Part shown: positions 12,027 to 24,200 of the stretch, one piece after another
How positions within the stretch are numbered: position 1 is the first letter of the stretch
Layout of the letters: every line of letters begins with the position of its first letter
Origin: Phoronis australis
Lineage: Eukaryota; Animalia; Phoronida
Reading direction: 5' to 3'
Length of the DNA stretch: 64,000 bases
NCBI GenBank assembly: GCA_002633005.1
Contig: NMRA01000007.1
Span: forward strand, 2,129,977 to 2,193,976
Translations under genes and position numbers: made by a program
Notes under the pieces: generated by a model
What the model saw: the letters and a program-made list of their open reading frames with translations, nothing else
Told to the model about the DNA's origin: nothing
The model's database searches: none

Positions 12027-15000
12027 CTTTAAACAAGAGTAGTTGGTGTTCAAATGGGATTGTCGTTTAGTTCCTGCTATACATTAACCTAGTAAAGAGC
12101 ATGAAAATATAAAAATCATCTTTAAGACGGAATTTTTGATTTACGCTTCTACTTCACACTTTCAGGACCATGTTCTTGACAAAAATCGTTAGAAAATGAC
12201 ATAATTTATACAAGTTATCTGAGCTACCAATTGCATGTTTATTTTCAGAGACCTTGTACGACATTATTCCTCAAGTCTGTTTTAAAAAGGTTGGATGGAG
12301 CGTAAGACGAAAATTCTCATTCGTGAAATATGTGTTCTTCAAGCTCCATAGCAAAATTGTCAGAAAGTTTTTTGAATTATAAATGACTTTTTATAAACCG
12401 GATACCTGACCTGCTCTTGAAAAGCAACTCGCCCTAACAAGACGAAGTGGCAGCCGTCTTAACAGATTTTGATGGGTCAATAGGCCACGAATATCAATCA
12501 GGGTCTCGTTAGCGAAGCTGATTCAGTGCTTATGTTGTCTGCTGACATAGTTGTGTTTTCTTCCCAATAGCCTCCAGTACAGGAATTCTAGCTAACATCG
12601 TTAAATCAGCGTGGGAGTGGTTTCGCAATGATTACATGTACGACTGAAGCTTGGATTTTCCGACTCAACCAAAGCTAAACATAATGATTATTCAACTAAA
12701 TATCAACTTTTGTACCAACATATAAAATGCGCCAGTTAAAGTTCGAACATTTTGTTACTAGCTTAAAATTTGGTGCGGACGAAAGTAATTGCCAAAATGT
12801 TTCTATTTTTCAGGTAGACACAATGTCAAAAAATATCAAACGTTGCTCGGAAACAACACTGCTTCATACTGAACAAAACATGTAAATTTTCTTGTTGAGA
12901 AATTTGACAAAATGAAAATCTCACTGACTCGTCCATAATATACAGATCGTCAGAAACAAGAAGGCATTTTCTACCGGGACAGTATTTCGATATGTCTGTT
13001 ACTGTGGCTGGCGTAAGTGGTCGTTCACTAGCGCCGTAGGTTTGAAGAGTGATCCGAAACAGGCACATTGACTGTACCTTTGCTGAAAACAAGCGAAGCA
13101 GTCCAGAGATTCGTTTCCACATATGCGTTCTCGATCTCCCATAAATGCATACTTGATTTTAATTCAATGAAAACTGCGCAGATTGTTCGATAGAAGTCAA
13201 CATCATCTGGGGACTAGTAGGCCTACAACTTTTAAGGTACAACATCAGCCCATCTTTTGCCAATGAAAAAATAACTTTTGGTTTCAGGCAACTCTAGAGT
13301 TATGAAACGGGTTTCAGCTTGTTTCAGGTCCTGGGAAGACTACTTGACATGACGACTACCCCGGTTATTCCCCGCTGGTTCCCTGCGTGCCGCTAGGTGG
13401 GGCGGGCTGGGCTAAGCACGCAGGGAACCAGCGAGCGGTTAAGGCAAGCCAAATTCAGATTCGTGAGCCATAACAAAAGTGTCACTTTATCGCATAGACT
13501 AGGAATAATTTCTAATCTGAGAAAGGAGCAAGCTGAGACCATGTTCATAACGGTAAATGACCCAAATAAAAAGTGAATTTGCGTCGAAAGGCGACTAAGC
13601 AGCGACAACTGGCATAAAATTTCGTCAAACTGAAAGTTTTAGATTTATACGAGCTAACCGACAGCGCTGATAGAGAACCGATTATTGTTGCGCTTACATC
13701 AACTAACACCTTAGTATGTCGAACGGACAACTTGTTAACCATAGACATATAGGCCTATTCATGGGGGAGGAGGGGGGGAGTGGGTTCCAAAACACGGGGT
13801 CCATGTCGCAACAGTTCATTCAAGTTTAATTACTTTTCATTGCAGCATCAGGTCTTGGCCACGTGGAGCCAGAGTAACTCTAATCTCCGGCAGTGTAGAC
13901 ATGCTGATCACGAACTTGCTTGTCGACCTAACCACTAGATTGCTACTTTTTATTCTACTCGATCCGTAGGTCGGCTCAAGAACATACCAATGTGGTATGC
14001 TAACGAAAAATAGACCCTAAGGAAGTGATGACGTAGCAAAATGAATCTAAAGCGAACGCCGCCCGCGCGAATTTGAGGCTGGCGTGAGGGCTTCAAGTAC
14101 GCTTCGCAGCATCGTAGCGGACCCATCAGCGGAATTAATGCTATGTCAGAGTTGAGATTTTTCGGAAGGCAAGAACAATTGACTGACGTCCTAAATGAAT
14201 TTGATTGGGCATAAACATAAAAAGTTACCACAAATCGCCTAGGGCAGTCTGAATCTGAACAAAATGGTACGTGACCCAAGTTTTTGTTGGAGCGCACGTG
14301 TTTCAGCACGAAGCTTGAAATTCATACACAACCACTCTGTTGAAGTTACGGTGTTTCCCAGCTTGGCGATGTGAGAACCGCCGATGTTTGGAAAAAAGTA
14401 ATTTTGTCATACCGGTTTCCCCTGCTTGGGTTTTCTCAAACTTTTGAAGCAATATCACACCAAGGCTTAGACTGTGAAAGAAAGCAGAGGCTTTAAAAAT
14501 GTGTAAAACACGTGAGCTGGGGAAAAACTAAAAAACTAGAAATACCAACAGCTGCTACACGGAAATACCCAATGAAGTCTGCTGATTTAAAATGACAAAT
14601 AACGGTTGCAAACGCAAATCACTAACTGAAAACAGATGGCCATATCTAAGTCGCGGAATTTGATATTTAGACGAACGAGAACTAAAAGAGAACGCGGAAA
14701 TAACGGAAGCCTACAAAAAGCTCCCATCAGTATTCTGAGAGAATCCGACGAGGTTGTTTTCTAAATAAGTCGGAGACACGGAGGCGCCTCAGTGGTTGAA
14801 TCAAGTGTTGATATATCAGTACACGCTCGCATTTCAGCGTTTTTGCCGTTACTGGTCCCAGTATAGGGTAAGTAATAACTACTTTTCTGCCTTGAGATAA
14901 TATTATGTTACTAGTACTTTCTTACTGACCGAGTCAGCTAATCTAGATTCCTCCGCTTACCATGAACCTAAAATAAACCTGCGTAATAACGCGATCGTTA

Positions 15001-16921
15001 CGGGCAAGTGGGACGTTAGAGAATCGTGGATGAGTTCAGGATACGGAACGGACGATATGAGCGACTTAATTCATCTCAATGTAAGTACACTGGAATCTGA
15101 TCAACTTTTATAAAGACAACGTTTATTGTCGAACTAAAATGTACCCGTAGCCTCAGCATAATTCCGAGTAGATATTACTTTAAAGAGAGTCGGTGCTAAA
15201 TCTGGCAAAAGTCGAATTGCACATCCGCGGTGTCAATACATTACTGCAGAGTTCCGTAAATGTGCTGCCTAGATGATACGCTGAAAATTATCCTTTTAAC
15301 GCCCAGAGGTAATGCTTTCTATCGATTTTGGGGCTTAACTTATTGCACAACTTTTATATATTGTTAATAAACATTTAAAAAACGACTCAGTGACTAACTT
15401 GAATGTATCTGCGCATGCACAATAATTTTCCCTTCCTAGTATCTGATATTGGGAGCGTTATTTATAGGTCACATAAGTGCAGTGAAGCGTAAAAACTGGA
15501 TTTATATAAACAGATCGCCGAAAGTCACAAATAGCCGCCGGCTTCCAAAGCCCGCTGACTGCCTTCACATCTGATTCCGTCCCCTCAGTCATCAAGATAA
15601 CAAAGTGCGCATATATTTTTGCTTTAAAAAAAAGAACTGGCGTGAAAGATGGTGTATCAAATTTCCCAAATTAAGACGTCCGATTTAATCAGTTAAGGCA
15701 AGGTTATCTAGTAATGACAGAGCCTACTGTTTTCAGCGTGTCAACAGCCCAATCAAGCCGAGTGAACTGAACAACTGACTGAGTTAAGACATTCTCAAAT
15801 TTCACGGGCCGTACTCAAGTTATATTTTGAAGAAGTTACATCGTGAGGAAGTCAGTATTGTGGAGAAAGAACCATTTTACTCATATTTCGCGAGCAGATT
15901 GGCCGGCTGGAAATGAACCGAATCAGTAAAGAAAAGTTAGGATATCAATGATACAGGCCTACGTCTTCGTGGTACTGTGGGTCAAAGTTCAACTTTGATC
16001 TGACGGTCTGGGAAGGATCAGAGTCCCTGACAGGCTGAGACAGACAACGGAATGCCTCCTTAGTTGATTAACCAAATATTGTTTATTGTATTAGTGAATA
16101 ATTATTCTGGGTATTGCCATTGTTATTGATAGAAGAAATTGTACCACCGACGGTTGTACAAGTTGTTGCTATCTTTTTAGAAGCATGGCTGCCGGAACCC
16201 GCCGGTAGGGCCGGGTTCTTTGCGAAATTACTTTTGACATTTTCTGTCCTCCTTTTGCGCGGCCTAACTGAAGATAACTATCTAGTGTTCTGGGCTAGAG
16301 TACATTATGGTTTATGTGGATGACTGCCTTAACGTAGCCTGTCCCTGATGACCCCACATTCGAGTCTGCATGATTCGAGTTTTTACTCGAGTTCTTGTTG
16401 AGCGCCATCTAGGGGGTCACCATGAGTGGGAACATGGACTAGACACGCATCCACACACATTTTCATTATAATGTACAGAAAAACAGACTTGTGTCACGAG
16501 TTCAAACTAATAATTTCGGGTTCGATTTCGAGTACAAAAATTAGCCGATCCCGGTACCCTTTTGAAAAGTAATTAGGTCTATTCGAGAGCTTGCAATTTT
16601 TATTTTAAAAGTTGTATAACAATCATGTTCAGCACACCTTTTTGCTAATCACTGCACTTAGTTCTACTCCACATCTCAGACACAGATTCAGAGGGGGTTC
16701 ATAGGGTCCGGACGCACCCTGCTCGGTCACCTTTACCTTGTCGAGTGGAGGAATCTCAAGCACCCCATATGTTTGTCCATTGCCGGTCCTGAATCCACTT
16801 CCTTCCATGCACAGAGACTGAACACGAGAAGACGAGAAAAAATACAACCAACACATGAAGGATTTGAACCTGGGCCAACAATACAGTTCTACCTATACTA
16901 TGCCTGGGCCCGCCGGATGAA

Positions 16922-17030
16922 TCCAAATTGTTGCCAGGACCTCGAGGAGTCCATTGTTGCCTGGACCAAAACAAGTCCATTGTTGCCTGAGCCTCGACAA
17001 GTCCATTGTTGGTTGGACCTCGAAGAGTGT
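16922..17030. repeat. ~4 x 26-bp minisatellite (gtccattgttgcctggacctcga..)
   Basis: Degenerate tandem copies visible. Confidence 0.8.
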
Positions 17031-18133
17031 AGTATGCAGTTGCGCTATTCTGTACTAATGCAGTCTCCAGCCAGACAGACGAGGTGTCCGCGAAGATTTA
17101 ATTGGTGCACACCACCCAAGCCATTTTTAAACGAAAATCTATGTCACAATACGTTCACTCAGCCAATTGACTAATGTGACGATAGAACAAAGACCTCTTA
17201 CCCGAACAAACGTGTATCATTTAAAGTGGCGGTCTGGCTACAAAAGTGCAAGCGAACGGAAAACGCCATTGATGTTGGGGTAACTCCTTAAGGAAAGCGC
17301 CAGCAAAAATGACCGTTGTAACTGTTCCCATTGCTGGCGTGTTTGCTGCTGGCGACAGCGTTAGTGTTTTAGCCACCATGTGAACGAGGTATAATTACAA
17401 TTCTCAACGAACGCGTGATACTTCATTATTATTTACAAAACCTTCAAATGTACTGATCGTTCAACTGTGTAGTGTAACATTCATTCTTAGTGTGTCATAC
17501 ATCGACCATAAAATGACCCGGAAAAATAGACTTTCTCGCCAGATCGGCTTACATTGTATCGAGTCATGGTTTTATCTACAACCGCATCACGCGGGAAGAT
17601 ACTTTCTTGGAATTTCAAAAAGTGTTTTCCTTTTGGTTCTTCAAACAGACCCATAAATTCATCGAACTCTAAACTATTACTGATAAACGCAAAAACAAAA
17701 CGCCCGTTGCGCTTAGTCACTTGTGGTGCTATTCAATTTTATTTAAAATATCTTCTGTTTTTACAGACATTAGCTATCAACTGATTCATTTATATCTGTC
17801 TGTTGTCACTTGTTGTGCTGTTGACACTGCTATTCCTTAAAGAATGAATCATTGCTTAGCTACAGATGGCAATGCTTTGAAACTACAGTATATCTAAAGT
17901 AAATATTCTAGATGTCATTGGCTCTTTTGTTTATGATGGTGGTTGCACACCTACATTAGTTTATTAGTTGTAAATTTGGATATTTTGACACCTATCACGT
18001 TTGTTTTCGATTTGGTGATCTGATACTACCCTTCACGTTGTACCAGTTACTGAAAGCTCAGAGATTTTTATATATCTGAGCTGAAAGTGAGTGTTGGTTT
18101 CAGTTCCAGTTGACAACCGGTTCCAGGCTCAGA

Positions 18134-18258
18134 ATGTTGGTAACGCTATTGATCTTATTTTCCACAACCTCCGTGGTTTCAAAATACGTAAATCAAAGCC
18201 GAACTGTGGTCGAATCTGTTGGATGTCCACCTACCTGTGAATGCTATGTTCCAGTAAG
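18134..18258 (+). CDS. LRR gene exon 1: signal peptide + start of LRRNT
   Basis: MLVTLLILFSTTSVVSKYVNQSRTVVESVGCPPTCECYVPV; acceptor cag ending at 18103; donor AG|gtaggt. Confidence 0.8.
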
Positions 18259-21200
18259 GTAGGTCAAATTTCTGTGATCTCTCATGTGTTCAAATAATTG
18301 TGAATTTCAGTTGTTTTTTCAGCTGAACATTGAGCGAGGTTTTTGGACTATTATGGATATTCGTGTTGCAGACGAAATTTCCCTGATGTATAGATTGTTT
18401 TCATGGCCAGTCTGCCAATCAACACCCTCGCAGTCCGCACGTGCTTTCTCATTTACAGCGTCCTTTTCTCGTCACCGCAGTTCGATTTTTCGAGCTGTAA
18501 GTCTTTATCATCAATCGCAACTAAGTTCTCACAAGCTCATTTCTTTTTTCAATGACCACATTTTTTCTTGAATTGCGTCCTTTTCTTACAAACAGATATC
18601 ATTTTATGAAACTTTTACAATTTTCATGATTAGAGGACGTTTTATCTGTGAACAAAACCGATATTGACGAATAGAGAAATTTAGAAAGACGTAAATTTGC
18701 ACAATTATTCCAAGAAATGCTGCAGAGAATCGTTTTAAACACATAATGTGAGTTGGAGGTTGGCACTGGGTATCACTGGCATGAGAGATTTTACCCAAGA
18801 CTACAAAATTGCGAAGGAGAATGCCTTCAGTAGGCGTACTGACGACAAATCGAGTCCCCATTTTGTAAATGAATCGTTGTAGGAATAAGAGATATCATGA
18901 AAATGTAATATGTCCTGTACAATGCCTCTTTTTCATAAAGTGGAAGAGATGGCATTTTGACTGTTGCCATTCTGTGATACGAGAGAAGATAAAAATATTT
19001 ATGGACGAGGAATTACTATATAATTTCGATCTGTTCAAAGCGGTTCATGACAAAAACTGAATTAATGAGAAATGAGTTTTGGTTGGTGATAGAATAACTA
19101 CAGCTTGTAAGAAAATATTGCCTCGGTGAGTAAAGGAGACTGTTAATGAGAGCGCCCTTACGGCTGGATGGTGAGCGGGGAAGGGTGCCAGCCAAGTTGT
19201 AAGCGGTAACTTCTTAGGGCTTCGCTTTATTATTAAAAGATAAACGCCTCCAGAAAAGGTGGAAACCTGGTCAAATCAAGCTCAGGACTACCAGGAGGGT
19301 CATTCCAGAGAGTGATATATTTGTTCCAACTTGTTAACTTGTGTCGGGAAGCTTAATGTAAACTCACTAAAGTGCACGAACATCGACAAATAGTTGCCGT
19401 AGATTGTAGTTCATAAAGTAGGTAAAGCCCGGAAACGATTACTACTGTTAGTTGTCTGTCAGTTGTGTGTTATTTCATGCGACCAGAGCGTAAACTACTT
19501 TAAAAACCCATATATTTTGTTATCACAATGAGTTGTCTTAGACGCACATTGCTTGAAGGGAAGCGAAATACATATACCACATGTCATTCGTTTCCACGGT
19601 GATCATCATTGCAGAAACAAACTGGTATCCCTTCCAAGACGAATACACAAAAAGGGGCCGCTCGTGTTCTAATTGACTTAACCCCGGTCTTGGAATTTCT
19701 GTCTGTGCCTTTACAGCGAAATAAACACTTTTTACAATCCCCTTCTGATCTAAAATCAGAGTCGGTGGTGGGCATAGAACGCGGGTTGGTAAAGAAGTGG
19801 CGTGGGTATTTTGCCCCATGAGTCATCGTCTCGAGTGGATCATTTGATTTTGCGGCGGTATTTACGTTTTCTTTATGACTCAGTGTTGTCAAGAGAAAAT
19901 CTTCCCGTTTTCCTAAGGACCAGGAATAGACCTTTCTTAAAATATTACCTCATGCGTTGACGGGAAATTCAAAATTTTTGAATTTAAGGCGCCATCTTCC
20001 AAGCTAATTGGTATAGAACACACGGTGTGGTAAAATACCATCATCAGCGTTGTGCCTGTACCTGTCAGAATCTGGATAACGTATCAGAATACAATATCAG
20101 CATTAAGCTATAAATACTCACTGGCCTCCTAAAAAATCTCAGGCAGAGTCAAAGCACAATATTCCATGACATGCTTTGTGAATTCTGTCACAATGGATCG
20201 ACTTTTATAGTCATACTATATGTAAGTCCCATAGTAAAGTTGAATCTTTTTTCCGGTCCATCTTCCACAGTAACAAGTCTGGGATGAAGCCGCCATGTTA
20301 CGATGACTCCAATCCACTGAACGTTTAAGGACTGTACGGCTAAAAGTGGCAGTCTAAAAGTACCTTGGACGGCGCACTATAGGGGGCTGGAGGGCCCACT
20401 TCTTTCAGTACTGCACCACCCATGGGCATGAATGGTGCGAACCACAGCCCGGCCCCCACTTTTTTCAGTGCTGCTCCGCCCATGACAGAGAGCATGTTTA
20501 TCCATTTCAATGTCATGTAACCGATCTTTTAACACCAGAATGAGGATAAATCTGAAGTTTCATGAAAAGAAAGGGCAAAACTTCCTCATGAATTATGATT
20601 CAGAGCTTTCTTTGACCGAAACTCCATGTGAGCGCAAAATACACGCCATAAACAGGCTTGTGCCTCATGGATCCTTATCACCACCAAATCTTCCTCAATT
20701 GTCCTCAAATAGTAAACATGTGGTATCTTTAATCTGCGAAATACTGCAGATTCGAAATTGTTAACATGCTAGGAGGAAATACTTCAGCAATGTCAAACAA
20801 AACTTTTCTGTTTGTTGAACATGCCGTCAAATCTGCTAAGTTGACAGGAAAACGACAAAACATGTTCATTGATGCCGGTGGCCAGACACTAGTCACACAA
20901 GCATGTAACGTGCTTCACGACTAAAAACTAAACCACGTCTATATGCTGCCCCTAAAATGAACACCAAGTGAAGTCACTGCATAAAAAACAACGACGGCAA
21001 CTTAAACCACGCGCTTAATTTAAAATAAATGCTGACGTGTGACGTGTTAATAAATGTCATATTCCGAAAGGAATTGACTTTTTTCTTTGACTATTCCCTA
21101 TACAAAAAAGCCGTTTACACATATGGTAGACAAAACAAGTTTTATCGCCAATTTTGTGCGTTCAACGCTTTATGCCTTATCAGGAAAGTATATCATGAAA

Positions 21201-24200
21201 CGTGGAACAACAAAATCCAACATTAATGATTTAAGAAATAACCAATTTATGAGTTTTGTAGTTTTTGCCTCAGAATATAACAGAACAATAGGGTGAACCA
21301 TGCGCGCACCCAGCCTTCAATATGGGGGGGCTCGAATTTCTGACCTTGTGGACCATTTGGTAACAAAAGGCGGGCAGACTAAAAAAGAAAAAACGGGGCC
21401 ACCACTGTGAATTACGCTTTTGTGCTTGTTTAGTGGACTTTTGTCTTATTTTCTCGGACTTTTTGTTTCTCAGGGGCGGACCTTTTTGCCCACTTCGCCA
21501 AATGGGGGGCTCGTTCGAGCCTCCCGAGCCCCCCCCTTGGGTGCGCACATGTGAACGCAAAAAATAGGCATTTCCTCAATACAAAGGCACAAGGCAAAAT
21601 AAATTAGCATGACCCTAGAAATCACAATAATATATTAATTATGCGCTGTTGAGTTCATTTACCAATCTACACATGTTCAGCTCTCCAGAATCTCGTACTG
21701 CACATCTCCAGGAACTGCAAATGGTACTGAGCAGATTAACTTCCTTGTCCCGTATTACACTCAACTTTAGGTTCTGTCAATGGGTCTCAGAATAACGAAA
21801 TATATTTCGCAATGCCATTTTTAAGAAGCATTGGAATAAACAACAGGAAATCATCATCCTGCTTTACGAAAGCGGAAGTTAAATTTGGTTGTGGATTAAT
21901 TTTGTTTATGTCAGCATGCGGGGGGGGATTTAGCGAAGTGGGCAAAAAAGGCCCGCCTCAGAGAATCAAAAATTCTGAAAAGTAGAAGCTTAGACAAAAG
22001 TCCACTAAAATGGCAGGAACTACCAAAATACGGTGAATGCAGAATTTACTGCTCTGGACGTACCCCGTTTTTTAGTAAAAGGTCCACAATCTCAAAGATT
22101 CCCCCCATTTCTCGAGGCTGGGTGCATGCATGGTCAGTGACAAGTTTTTGTCTTTACAAGGAATGCAGAATTGCGTTAGCAATAATGTGCGACCGCCTCA
22201 TACCTTGGTCACATTTCGCAAAGAAATTTACCAGTATCTTTGACGTAACAATAATATCTCGGTACATCGGGGGATGCTTAGCCAATCACGCCGATTGAGT
22301 ATCATTCCTACCCAAATGACTACTGAGACGATTTTTTGTCAGATCAATAGCACGTACAGGTGATTTTTTTACGCCAACATCCAGGAGGCGCTTCCACTAA
22401 ACCCCCAATAATTGCTCGATTGTCGTCAACCGATATCACTGTTTTTTGCCACAAACTCAGATTTATGTGTCCGAGGCGTGAAGCAACGACCGGACTTAGA
22501 CGTTTGACTAAATCGGCCACAATAGCTTGTTTCATCAAACGTCGCACGCAATCACGACGGTCGCAGGCATGTTATCGCGAACGCGACACTACATTTTTCA
22601 TAAAGTGAAACGCTACAACTGACGGTCGTTCGAGTTTGAATACATGGACCCAGACCTTTGTAATGACTCCAGATAAGCGGGCAGATCATCACACACTATG
22701 GCCTGCGAGTGAATTGGATTTGTTTTTAGTACACATGTAGGGAGATCTGTGTACTCGTAGTCAGATGGGAAACGAAGACTGCAGCGACCATTACGTTAAA
22801 AGGTAAATGTGTATCAGAAAATTTGTTCCTCATTAGTCGGTAGACTAAATATAAACACTGTGTAACACCTGGTCCTAAAGGTAGACATTCGTTTTTTACA
22901 CACGATTTTAACTGTCTGCTTGCAGCAAAATCCCACAATTAAAGAAATTGAACATTGACTGCAGTGGCAGAAATTTGACCAAGATACCCGACGTAAGCAA
23001 CGTCGAGCAATGGGGTGACTCCCACAGTGGTGTATACGAAATGGATTTCAAGGATAACAACATCAGAAACATCCCTGAGGGTAGGAACTCTGGAGTACAT
23101 TTTTATATCATGTTTGTTTATTTATGGCAGATATCTGATACATCGAATGTCATCTGTTCTTGGCCCGTTTTATCAACAATCTTGGTCCCCACGTAAGACC
23201 GCAGCTTGCCACCAAAACTTAGCCACCACCAAACGTGCCTTCTTTTTAACAAAACTCAGTTTTGAGTGAAAATATTGCAACCATCCAAAATTCAAGTTTA
23301 AATTTTAAAAACTTTGTTACCTCTCAGAGTCATGTTTGGTCAGAACGCAAATAATTCATGCAGATAAGCTCAATATCAAAAGTTGCGATTCATTTGGGAA
23401 GTGGAATTACCCTTCCGTAACTTTTTTGATTTAGTCTATTTTTTGCCATTCATTCTTCAAACGAAACATAACAAATAGCTAACAATAAGGCTGAGGCTAT
23501 GACATTCAAATACAAGTAATAACATTATAAAAATGTTAACAATAGCGTTTAGGATGATACTCGTACAGAAGTCAGTCAAAGAGTTTAGGCCACTCTCAGA
23601 TTAATTTTAAGTGTGCAATATCATATACAGATGTGTCGGTGAATGGAAAACCTAATCTAGGCGGTTTACCGTTATAAAATTGGTCTCAAATTGTTCCTTG
23701 GTCAAAGTAGGTTTTATTTTGAGAGAGAACTAAAGGTTTGTTACACCTTGAGAGTAAAGGCTCTTCAGGTTGGCTTGCCACGGCCTGTCATTTTATTTAG
23801 AAAGCACCCTCTCAAGCGGTAACGAACTCAATCAGGCAAGATCAAATGTCATGGCTCTCTTCTGAGTAAAAAACGAGTTGCCGGGTACACATTTTATATC
23901 GGTAAGTGATCTTAATAAAATTTTATTGTCGGCTTTATTGCCGCACCAGACTATTCCAAAACAAACAAGTAAATCCGAAAGGATTGATGTTTTGCGGTTT
24001 CGTGTTTCCTTGCGTATCTTGGTGAGTGAAGCGCGTGACGTAGTAACAGGGCTACCATAGAATCATACTCACGAGCATGGCATTTTATGCACGAACCACC
24101 TATGAAGCTATGAATCATGCATATAAACCCCTGAATCATGCACAAGAATAAAAATCATGCGTACGAACCACAAAAATCACACATACCAACACAAATCATA

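Noticed and set aside
8100-17200. Short ORFs (e.g. 12826-13122, 13950-14309, 16773-17174) and an RTGATGA box near 14024
   Set aside because: No recognisable domains or consistent splice chains; one ORF runs through a minisatellite; no suitably placed D box or terminal stem for a snoRNA.
21681-21723. Extra LRR-gene exon (...NCKC)
   Set aside because: Weak donor (gtactg) and phase-incompatible with the 18134-18258 exon, which already supplies the signal peptide and CPxxCxC.
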